Under the pieces are notes generated by a model. The model saw only the letters and a program-made list of their open reading frames with translations, was not told the origin of the DNA and made no database searches. From Alphaproteobacteria bacterium (GTDB taxonomy: Bacteria; Pseudomonadota; Alphaproteobacteria; Caulobacterales; Parvularculaceae): 64,000 bases of DNA. Where the stretch lies: positions 9,954-73,953 of the forward strand of contig WGLS01000027.1 in assembly GCA_016125455.1 (NCBI GenBank), in the 5' to 3' direction. The position numbers and the translations under genes are program-made. Shown piece after piece: positions 55,349 to 63,234 of this stretch; position 1 is the stretch's first letter; each line of letters begins with the position of its first letter.

Positions 55349-56836
55349 TCAGCCGAGTTCGCGCACAATGCGGAAGCCTGTGTCGTAGTCGTGCGCTTTG
55401 GCGCCGGCGGGCTTTCGGTGGGCCGCTCTGGTCCGCCATGCGCCGCCGTTGAATGCGCCGCCCTTCAGGACCCGTTGGGCGCATGCGCCAGCAACCGGAC
55501 GTCCGTCGCCGGGATTGCCCGCATGATTCGCTCGCCAGCAATCTTCCGTCCACTCCCAGGTATTGCCGTGCACGTCATAAAGACCGAACCCATTCGCCTT
55601 GTAGCTGCCGACCGGCATCGTCTTGCCGGCGGACTTCTCCTTCGACGCGCCGGCGTAAGGGTACTGGCCATTGAAATTCGCCTGGCTGGTTGAAATCGCA
55701 TTCCCGAACCAGAAAGGCGTCTTTGCGCCAGCGCGGGCGGCGTACTCCCATTCGGCTTCCGTCGGCAGGCGGTAGCGCTTGCCGGTTTTGGCGGAGATCC
55801 ACGCGAGATAGGCCTGCGCGTCTTCATACGAAATGTTGATGGCCGGTCGCTTGCCGCCGCCCCAGCCCTGATTGTTCGGGTCGTAACCGTTGCAGCCGCC
55901 GTCCTTTCGGCACTTGGCCCAGTCGTCAAAGGTCACTTCGTAGCGACCGATCGCGAACGAATAGCCGATCTCCGTCGGCACCTGCGGGGTCTCGGCGACT
56001 TCGCGGCTGGCCTCATCGTCAGGCGCGCCGAGTAGAAAGCTCCCCGGCGCGACAACAACGAGTTCCGGACATTCCTCGCAATCCTTGATGACATCGCCCG
56101 GGGCATAGCCCGACGCGGCCAGGCCGTCCGCGGCGTTCGCAACGATCTCGCCGCCTTTCGCCACAAGATCGCCTCCCTTGGCGAACAGATCCTTGCCAGC
56201 CGGCGTGGCGAAAGCGACGTACGCCCCGCCGCCAATCAGCGCCGCAAGCGCGAGCACGGCGACCGCCGGGCCGAGGGCGCCTGCCCCCTTCCCGCCACTG
56301 CGGCCGGATGGCGCCGCGCTTGCCGCCGCCGTCGCGTTCTTCCCAGCGCCAGTCGCGCTCGACTTCGCGACCTTCACCTTTGATGGCGCCTTTGATGGCG
56401 CCTTTGACGGCCCCCTGGCGTGAGCAGATGCGCCCGCGCCCCTCGCGGGCGCAACAAGCCGCCGGATTTCATCGACAACCCGCCGCCATTCCGGCGCATT
56501 CCTGTCGCCGCGCCAGCTGGTCAGATCCGCCGTCTGAACCCGCTTGAATCCGCGAGGCAATTCGATCGGATCAATCATGACGGGTATCAGGCGCCCCGAC
56601 TGCATCCCGTCGTCGGCTTCCTCCTGCACCCAGTTTGATCGCACCGAGGACATCGACCATACGACGAGGACGCAGTCCGATTCCTTCAGCCGTGCGTCAA
56701 TCACTTCCGAAAACGTGCTGCCGGGCGGAATTTCGGTATCCCACCAGACATTGAAACCTTCGCCCGCCAGCGCGGCGGCCATTTTCGACACGATATCGCG
56801 ATCGTTGCGCGAATAGCTGATGAAGATATCGGTCAC
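55349..56836 (-). CDS. TIR-domain protein fused through one TM helix to an FGE-sulfatase (SUMF1/EgtB/PvdO-type) domain
   Basis: 495-aa ORF with GTG start and GGGAGAG SD. Residues 1-125 are TIR-like (DIFISYSRNDRD, GFNVWWD, CVLVVWSMSSVRSNWVQEE). Residues 189-210 form a TM segment (PAVAVLALAALIGGGAYVAFA). Residues ~250-493 are FGE-like (YRLPTEAEWEYAARAG, GLYDVHGNTWEWTEDCW, RVLKGGAF). Confidence 0.85.
   Translation of the reverse strand: MTDIFISYSRNDRDIVSKMAAALAGEGFNVWWDTEIPPGSTFSEVIDARLKESDCVLVVWSMSSVRSNWVQEEADDGMQSGRLIPVMIDPIELPRGFKRVQTADLTSWRGDRNAPEWRRVVDEIRRLVAPARGAGASAHARGPSKAPSKAPSKVKVAKSSATGAGKNATAAASAAPSGRSGGKGAGALGPAVAVLALAALIGGGAYVAFATPAGKDLFAKGGDLVAKGGEIVANAADGLAASGYAPGDVIKDCEECPELVVVAPGSFLLGAPDDEASREVAETPQVPTEIGYSFAIGRYEVTFDDWAKCRKDGGCNGYDPNNQGWGGGKRPAINISYEDAQAYLAWISAKTGKRYRLPTEAEWEYAARAGAKTPFWFGNAISTSQANFNGQYPYAGASKEKSAGKTMPVGSYKANGFGLYDVHGNTWEWTEDCWRANHAGNPGDGRPVAGACAQRVLKGGAFNGGAWRTRAAHRKPAGAKAHDYDTGFRIVRELG
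56377..56412. repeat. 12-bp tandem repeat CCTTTGATGGCG x3 (in frame; APSK repeats in the TIR-TM linker)
   Basis: Read directly: cctttgatggcg cctttgatggcg cctttgacggcc. Confidence 0.9.
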
Positions 56837-57056
56837 GTCTCTCTCCCACCCCGGATAGTCGAAACGCCAGTTATTTCCGAATATTAACCTTCTTCAAGCG
56901 AAATCGCCAGCGCCGCCGCAAGGCCGCCGCCGGAGACCACGGTCCGATTTGTTGAAGCCGGCAGTCGTCAGGAACGTCTGCGACGGGCGGGACCAAATTT
57001 TTGGAAGCTTGCATGACCGAGCCGGCCTGTCGTCGCGCGCACTGCGGCGTCGCACG

Positions 57057-57088
57057 AAAAAGGGCGCCGCTGGCCCGCAGCGGCGCCC
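57057..57088 (-). terminator. Rho-independent terminator (11-bp perfect stem, 5-nt loop, T5 tract)
   Basis: Minus strand reads GGGCGCCGCTG-CGGGC-CAGCGGCGCCC-TTTTTC. It lies about 20 nt downstream of the small ORF stop at 57110 and insulates the TIR gene from upstream transcription. Confidence 0.7.
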
Positions 57089-57109
57089 CTCTCAATTCAA
57101 TGTCAGCCT

Positions 57110-57247
57110 TCAGCCGACGAGGCTGGCATACCCGTAAACCGGCGCGGCGAAGGACAGGGCGATGCCCGTCAGTATCGTCAGTACGGGCATGACCCGTTGC
57201 GACAGGCCAATCGTCCGCTGGCTGAACAGTGAAAAATGCGATTGCAT
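57110..57247 (-). CDS. Small (45-aa) hydrophobic protein, unknown function
   Basis: MQSHFSLFSQRTIGLSQRVMPVLTILTGIALSFAAPVYGYASLVG. GGGAGAG SD lies 6 nt upstream of the ATG at 57247, a strong terminator follows, and there is one predicted TM helix. Confidence 0.45.
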   Translation of the reverse strand: MQSHFSLFSQRTIGLSQRVMPVLTILTGIALSFAAPVYGYASLVG

Positions 57248-57746
57248 GATATCTCTCCCAATCTCGTTACAATCATCATGTAGGCGCGCGCGACGACGAC
57301 AGGAGATGTGGCGAAACCGGACTGGCGATGGCGGGCAACCGTTCGTCGCATTTCGGCGCCCCCGGGGGCCGGCCACGACCAAGCGGCCTGCGCCGCCCGG
57401 GCTTGGAGACACAGCCCCCCGGAGAAAAGCAGCCACTTAACAGCGACTTGCATTACCCGCCGGCGGGCGTCGCTTTCACGGCGCGAACTGCCGAGGGCCG
57501 GAAGCTCAATGCCCATCGCCGCGGTCCTTGGCGGTCAATTTGTCCGGCGCTGAACGCCGGCGCCGGACGGCGTTCTCTGGTTGGGGCTTCTGGCGACGCG
57601 TGGCGCGGATGGCATTCCTCTTGGCCGCGCAAACGTCAGAGAAACTGCGCCTATCTCTTTCGAGCATGCCGGCGAGCTCTGAAGGGCGGCGGCGTCCTGT
57701 CCCACCGGCGGCGTAGGCCAAGCGACCTGCAAGGAGAATTTGAAAA

Positions 57747-57832
57747 TGGTGGAGGGGGGTGGATTCGAACCACCGTACGCCGAAGCGGGCAGATTTACAG
57801 TCTGCTGGATTTAACCACTCTCCCACCCCTCC
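57747..57832 (-). tRNA. tRNA-Tyr (anticodon GTA), long variable arm
   Basis: Reverse complement: GGAGGGGTGGGAGAGTGGTTAAATCCAGCAGACTGTAAATCTGCCCGCTTCGGCGTACGGTGGTTCGAATCCACCCCCCTCCACCA (86 nt). The cloverleaf folds by eye. Confidence 0.95.
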
Positions 57833-58070
57833 AAACCGGACGGTAGATGACAAGCCAGTCTGCTCGCCAAACCAACCGTGGACGACGAGCCATGAAAGGA
57901 CCGTCGCCAATGGGAGCGAGCCCTATAGCGACCCCGCTGCGGGCTCGCAACAGCATCCGCGGCGCGAACTTCCGAATTCTGCGCCAGTCAATCTCGCTGG
58001 GGACGGATGCTGCCAACTGGGCGTGAATTGTCCGTGCGCGCGACGCGAAGTCGCGCTAAAGCCAGCGGCG

Positions 58071-58964
58071 ATGGATCGAATGACCAAGTCCCAGGGCAAG
58101 CCAAGGAACGACGCGCGTGCGCGGCAGCCCGCCTCGACTGCCGCGCACGCGTCTCGCAAGCCAGCGGCGAGCGGCGGCGGCTACAAGCCTCAACGCAGCA
58201 AGCCGGCCGAAGACGAAAACGCGCCCGTCTGGATTTATGGTCGCCATGCCGTCGCGGCGGCGCTCGCAAACCCGCAGCGGCGCTTGATCCGCCTTCTGGC
58301 CACGAAGAATGCCGCCGACTGGCTCGTCACGCTTGGCGGCCCGGCCAAGGCCGCCATTGGCAAGGCAGAAGATGCGCGGCCCGAACATATCGACAAGGCG
58401 TTGCCGCCAGGCGCCGTCCATCAGGGACTTGCTACGCTCGTTGGGCCCCTGCCACGCGTGCGCCTGAAGGACGCCTGCGCGGACGCGACGCCGTCTCGGC
58501 CCGTGATCGTACTCGACCAGGTGACAGATCCTCAGAACATCGGCGCCATCATGCGGTCGGGCGCAGCGCTCGGCGCGTGCGCCATTGTCGTGCAGGACAG
58601 ACGCACCCCACCCCTTTCCGGCGCTCTGGCGAAGGCGGCAGCGGGCGCCGTCGAGCTTCTGCCCTGCGTCCGGGTCGTCAACATTGCGCGCTCGCTGGAG
58701 GCGCTGGGCGAGTTGGGATATTTCAGGGCGGCGCTTGCCGGCGAGGGCGCTGCGCCGATTGACGACCTGCCGAAGGACCGGCCGATCGCGCTGGTTCTCG
58801 GCGCAGAGGGGACCGGCCTCCGGCCGCTTGTCGCCGCAACGTGCGACGGACGGTTTCGCATTGAAATCGGATCGGCCATGGAAAGCCTGAATGTTTCGAC
58901 GGCAGCCGCAATCGCGCTTTACGAAGCGACCCGTCGCTCATCGGCAAACCGCATGGACGCTTAA
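58071..58964 (+). CDS. rlmB: 23S rRNA (guanosine-2'-O-)-methyltransferase RlmB (SpoU/TrmH family)
   Basis: IYGRHAVAAAL...VLDQVTDPQNIGAIMRSGAALG...LVLGAEGTGLR...ESLNVSTAAAIALYE. Start trimmed to the ATG at 58071 because the track ORF start overlaps tRNA-Tyr. Confidence 0.85.
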   Translation: MDRMTKSQGKPRNDARARQPASTAAHASRKPAASGGGYKPQRSKPAEDENAPVWIYGRHAVAAALANPQRRLIRLLATKNAADWLVTLGGPAKAAIGKAEDARPEHIDKALPPGAVHQGLATLVGPLPRVRLKDACADATPSRPVIVLDQVTDPQNIGAIMRSGAALGACAIVVQDRRTPPLSGALAKAAAGAVELLPCVRVVNIARSLEALGELGYFRAALAGEGAAPIDDLPKDRPIALVLGAEGTGLRPLVAATCDGRFRIEIGSAMESLNVSTAAAIALYEATRRSSANRMDA

Positions 58965-59002
58965 TGACGGCAGCCGCCAATTGGCGATCGGTGGAGATAA
59001 AG

Positions 59003-59629
59003 ATGACCGACCTTACGCTTTACCACTGTCCGCATACTCGATCGGCCACCGCGTTCTGGATGAACGAGGAAGTCGGCGCGCCCGCGCGGATCGAAGTCGT
59101 CAATCTAAAGACGGGCGCGCATAAATCACCCGCTCACCTCGCGCGGAATCCGATGGGCAAGGTGCCGGCCTTGCTCGACGGCGAAACAATAATAACGGAA
59201 ACGGCGGCGATCTGCGCTCACCTCGCCGACCGATTCCCGTCGGCCGGATTGGCGCCGGCGCCCGGCACGCCCGCCCGCGGCGCCTATTATCGGTGGCTCT
59301 TCTTTGCGCCTTCGGTCATTGAACCGATGATGCTCGACCGGCTGAGCGGCGCCGAGCGCCAGAACCCGGGCTCTGCCGGTCACGGCTCGCCGGACTCGGT
59401 GCTGTCGACCCTGCGCGGCGCTCTTGCTGACCGCGACTATCTCATAGACGACAGTTTCACCGCTGCCGACCTTGTCCTCGGGTCGACCCTGCGCTTCGCC
59501 ATGATGTTCGGGGCGATTGAAAAAGAACCCGCATTCGAAGCTTACGTGAACAGGCTTGCCGCACGCCCGGCCGCCGAAGCAGCGTCGAAGAAGGACGCGG
59601 AACTCGCCGAGCGGCTCGCCTCCGCGTAA
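59003..59629 (+). CDS. Glutathione S-transferase family protein
   Basis: LTLYHCPHTRS...NPMGKVPALLDGE..ITETAAICAHLAD is a GST N-terminal thioredoxin-like fold. ATG at 59003 with a GGTGGAG SD. Confidence 0.85.
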   Translation: MTDLTLYHCPHTRSATAFWMNEEVGAPARIEVVNLKTGAHKSPAHLARNPMGKVPALLDGETIITETAAICAHLADRFPSAGLAPAPGTPARGAYYRWLFFAPSVIEPMMLDRLSGAERQNPGSAGHGSPDSVLSTLRGALADRDYLIDDSFTAADLVLGSTLRFAMMFGAIEKEPAFEAYVNRLAARPAAEAASKKDAELAERLASA

Positions 59630-59728
59630 GTTTTTCGTTGCCTTCGCGCAAGACGCGGACTGATCCGCAGCCTCCCGCGCTCGTATCAGGGTCACCCGTC
59701 CATCCCCAACCGAAAGCGCCCCTGCAAC

Positions 59729-60610
59729 ATGAATGACGTCTCCAGAGCCCGCGTCGCGGTCGTTACCGGCGCATCAAGCGGCATCGGCCGCGCGATCGCC
59801 AAGCGCCTGATCGACGCCGACTGGCGCGTGTTCGGCAGCGTACGGAAGGAAGACGACGCCGAGGCGGCGCGCGTAGCGCTGGGCCCCGGCTTTACGCCGC
59901 TGATTTTTGATGTCACAAACGACGCCGCCGTTCGAGACGCCGCGCGCGCCGTGGGCGACGAATTGGGCGGCCGCACGCTCTCCGCGCTTGTAAACAATGC
60001 CGGAATCGCCGTCTCAGGGCCGGCGCGCTACGTGCCCCTGGAAGATGTCCAGCGACAGTTCGACGTGAATGTGTTTGGCGTCCTTCGGGTGACCCAGGCG
60101 TTCCTGCCGCTGCTCGGCGCGTCCCCTGACGTCAAGGGCCGTCCTGGCAAGATCGTCAACATGAGCTCCGTCGCCGGACAGATCGCGACGCCGTTCTTTG
60201 CGCCCTATGCAATGTCGAAGCACGCCCTAGAAGCCCTGTCGGCGGCGTTGCGGCGGGAGCTGATGGCGCATGGCATTGACGTACTCGTCGTCGGGCCCGG
60301 CGCAGTCAGGACGCCCATCTGGGAAAAAGGCGAAAAAGCCGACTATTCTGCATACGAAGCGACGGAGTATGGCCCGGCCCTGCGGGGCGTCATTGACCAT
60401 CTGTCGGGCCTCGGCGAATCCGGAATCGCTCCCGAAGCGGTAGGCGACCTTGTGCACGACATGCTGACGGGGTCCGGCGGCGCGCCGCGACGGGCGATCC
60501 TCAACAACCGGCTTGTCAATTGGGTCCTCCCCCGCCTGATGCCGACCCGCCTCCTCGACCGGATCCTCGCGAACCGGTTTGGCGTCGGAAAAAAAGCGGA
60601 GCGCAGCTGA
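59729..60610 (+). CDS. SDR-family oxidoreductase
   Basis: VAVVTGASSGIGRAIA...NNAG...YAMSKHALE. Confidence 0.85.
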   Translation: MNDVSRARVAVVTGASSGIGRAIAKRLIDADWRVFGSVRKEDDAEAARVALGPGFTPLIFDVTNDAAVRDAARAVGDELGGRTLSALVNNAGIAVSGPARYVPLEDVQRQFDVNVFGVLRVTQAFLPLLGASPDVKGRPGKIVNMSSVAGQIATPFFAPYAMSKHALEALSAALRRELMAHGIDVLVVGPGAVRTPIWEKGEKADYSAYEATEYGPALRGVIDHLSGLGESGIAPEAVGDLVHDMLTGSGGAPRRAILNNRLVNWVLPRLMPTRLLDRILANRFGVGKKAERS

Positions 60611-60611
60611 C

Positions 60612-61268
60612 ATGACCCCCGAAGCTGTGATCTTTGACTTTGGCGGGGTCTTCACCACATCCCCCGTCGAAAACTTCGCGGCGTATGAACGCGACAATCG
60701 GCTGCCGGACCGGTTCATAGGATCCGTCATTAAACGGAACATCAATGGCAACGCCTGGGCGCGGTACGAGCGCGGCGAAATCGACCTTGACGCCTTTGAT
60801 AGCCTGTTTGCGGACGAAACCCGCGACGCGGGGCGCGAAATTTCCGGTCGCACGCTAGTCGGTCTTTTGTCGCTGACATTCCGTCCGGCGATGATCGATG
60901 CGCTCGTCGCCATCAAGACCGCCGGCTTCAAGACGGGCTGCATCACCAACAATCTGCCGGAGTTCGATTCAAAGGCTATGTTGGCTGACCCGCGAGACGC
61001 GGCGACAGTGGAAAAGATTTACGCCCACTTTGACCATGTGATCGAGTCCTCCAAGGCGGGCGTCAGGAAACCCGAACCGCGAATCTATGAGATGATGTGC
61101 GAAGCGCTTGGCGTCGCGCCTGCGGCCTGCGTCTTTGTCGACGACCTTGGCGTCAACCTTAAGCCAGCGCGGGAAATGGGGATGCGGACGATCAAGGCGC
61201 CATTTGGCGACCCCGCGCCAGCGATCGCCGAGCTTGCCGATGCGACAGGGCTTCCATTGCGCGCCTGA
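60612..61268 (+). CDS. HAD-superfamily hydrolase (epoxide-hydrolase N-terminal-like phosphatase subfamily)
   Basis: VIFDFGGVFT (DxD-type motif I)...TNN...KPEPRIYE...VFVDDLGVNL. The ATG at 60612 lies directly after the SDR stop. Confidence 0.8.
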   Translation: MTPEAVIFDFGGVFTTSPVENFAAYERDNRLPDRFIGSVIKRNINGNAWARYERGEIDLDAFDSLFADETRDAGREISGRTLVGLLSLTFRPAMIDALVAIKTAGFKTGCITNNLPEFDSKAMLADPRDAATVEKIYAHFDHVIESSKAGVRKPEPRIYEMMCEALGVAPAACVFVDDLGVNLKPAREMGMRTIKAPFGDPAPAIAELADATGLPLRA

Positions 61269-61448
61269 CGGCGGCCGGTCGGTCGCCGCAGCGTCTGGGG
61301 ACAGGCAGGCGGAAACGGGCGCGCCGCGAGTGCGAGGGCCAAAATTCCACTTGAAATTCGTCGCGACCTGACGATTTGATTTTTTTGCCGGCGAGCTGGT
61401 CGCCGAGCGGGGCCGCCGTCCCGTCTTCGGCGCTGGAATCGCATCCCG

Positions 61449-61880
61449 ATGCTTCTCGTTCATACCTATGCCGGCCCGAGCCTTGTCGAAGGCGTTGGCG
61501 TCTTCGCCGCTGAGCCCATTGCCAAAGGCGCCCTTATCTGGCGCTTTGAGCCGACGTTTGACCGCCTCGCACCGGCGGAGCTCATGGAAACTGGCGAACC
61601 AGCCGTTCAGGAGTTCCTTAGGAAGTACGCCTACCCCGCCGCGCATGCGCCCGGCATGCTGATCGTCGAACTGGACAACGGTCGGCTGATGAACCACTCG
61701 GACGAGCCGAACACAGACTTTTCCTCGCCCCTCGGCGGCTATGCCTTGCGGGACATCGCCGCTGGCGAGGAGCTGTTGTGCAACTACGGCGAGTTCGCGC
61801 CGGAGTTTGAGCTCCTGCCCTCCCTTGCGGCGGCCCATTCCATTGGCGACGTCCGACCGAACGGCGCGGCGGCGGAATAG
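61449..61880 (+). CDS. SET-domain protein (putative protein-lysine methyltransferase)
   Basis: GVGVFAAEPIAKGALIW...RLMNHSDEPNT...ALRDIAAGEELLCNYGEF carries the SET NHS/ELxxxY-type motifs. Confidence 0.8.
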   Translation: MLLVHTYAGPSLVEGVGVFAAEPIAKGALIWRFEPTFDRLAPAELMETGEPAVQEFLRKYAYPAAHAPGMLIVELDNGRLMNHSDEPNTDFSSPLGGYALRDIAAGEELLCNYGEFAPEFELLPSLAAAHSIGDVRPNGAAAE

Positions 61881-61886
61881 GACGAC

Positions 61887-63014
61887 CTAGTCCGTCTCGT
61901 CGGGGTCGCGCACCTCCGCGACCGCGAAGTCGTAGCACGTCGGTCCGGCGCCGATCGGCAGTTCGATTGATCGTTCGCCTTGAAGGCTGCCCCTCCAGTC
62001 GCGCAATTCCATGCGTTGGCTGTCGTCGGGACCGCGTCCGCGCGGCCAGCCTCTCTCGAACGTCGCGCAGACCTCGAAGGTCTGCGCGCCGGTGGACCTG
62101 AAAACATAGGGCTCGCCCGTGACCGGGTCTTCGGGCGGCGACAGGGCGCAGTTAGGCGCAATCGGCTGGGACGAGGCGCGCTCGCCAAGCCGATCGGCTG
62201 CCGCCTGGAGTGTTTCCGGCGCCCCGCCGAAATAGCTCGCATGGCAGTCGACAAGGCGAACGATCGACTGAATGTCCGCAAGACGGCGTTCGTCGGCGCG
62301 CTCCGCCCGAGCGGCTGACGGCGAGCGGACGATCGTGAACGCCCAGGCGACCAGCAATGCAACGATGACGCTTGTTGCGATTGCTATCACCCGGCCGAGA
62401 TAGTCAACGCCGGCGACGCGTCGTTCCGCGTCGCGGGAGTAGACGAACAGAATCGCGCCGGCGATGGCGGCGACCACCCCGGCCTTAGACAGGAAGCGGG
62501 CCGAAAGCTCCCCGTCGAGAAACTGGAACACCACCGCCACGAAGTCGCCGATCAGGGCGAGCGCCGCGAATACAAGCGTAACGTAGGTCAACCACGCCTT
62601 GACGCGGGATGCGCGGCGGTTCGGGTCCTTGCGTCGCGCGGCGGCGAGGCGGGCGCCGGAAAAGATGAAGATCGGATAGCCGACGATCAGCCACGCGACC
62701 TGCCACCTCAGCCCGGACGCCGACCGCGATGACGCCGAAAGGGCGTCCGACAACGCAAGGTCGACCGCTGCGAAGGCGATCGCCCCGACGCTCGTTGCGA
62801 CGGCGCCAAGCAGCGCGAAATGAACGATGTACAAAAACGCTTCGCGGGCGGAGCCATCGGCCTGCGGCCTTGGTACAGGAATGGGAAAGTCGGCCTCCGC
62901 GAAACGCGCGAGCGCGTCGTCCGCCTGGTCATCTGGCCAGCCGGCGCCGATCAATACCTTGCGGATATCCGCCCGCGACGCGCCAGCCGATAGCGACTCG
63001 CGCACGAACTGCAT
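61887..63014 (-). CDS. Hypothetical membrane protein (small helical N-domain, about 5 TM helices, Cys-containing C-terminal domain)
   Basis: The ORF is open from 63179. I prefer the ATG at 63014 (MQFVRESLSAGASRADIRKVLIGAGWPDDQADDALARF), which resembles N-termini of DUF5671-type proteins. The start is uncertain. Confidence 0.5.
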   Translation of the reverse strand: MQFVRESLSAGASRADIRKVLIGAGWPDDQADDALARFAEADFPIPVPRPQADGSAREAFLYIVHFALLGAVATSVGAIAFAAVDLALSDALSASSRSASGLRWQVAWLIVGYPIFIFSGARLAAARRKDPNRRASRVKAWLTYVTLVFAALALIGDFVAVVFQFLDGELSARFLSKAGVVAAIAGAILFVYSRDAERRVAGVDYLGRVIAIATSVIVALLVAWAFTIVRSPSAARAERADERRLADIQSIVRLVDCHASYFGGAPETLQAAADRLGERASSQPIAPNCALSPPEDPVTGEPYVFRSTGAQTFEVCATFERGWPRGRGPDDSQRMELRDWRGSLQGERSIELPIGAGPTCYDFAVAEVRDPDETD

Positions 63015-63234
63015 CAGTGTTGGGTCCGCCAAGACGTCAAACTCCCCTCTGGCGCGCGATCGCCGGCGCGAAATGCCCGTTTCGCCCGATCCGGCGCGCA
63101 ATATCCGGACTGGCGAACACTCTATAACGCGGGCGACCTCGCATGCGAGGCCTGTCGATGCCATCGACTGGCGCTTCATCCGCAGTCGCGAACAGCGTTA
63201 GTATGTGAGTCGGATATTTCAGGAGCGACCGCCC

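Noticed and set aside
52378-56836. Canonical Thoeris, CBASS, Pycsar or Lamassu assignment
   Set aside because: No SIR2 or Macro ThsA-type effector, CD-NTase, cyclase or SMC-like gene is present. Only the TIR-plus-SLOG logic is shared, so the region is reported as a candidate new variant rather than a known system.
57759-58070. N-terminal extension of the rlmB ORF, and ORF 57328-57846
   Set aside because: Both overlap the tRNA-Tyr gene. The RlmB-like sequence only begins around the ATG at 58071.
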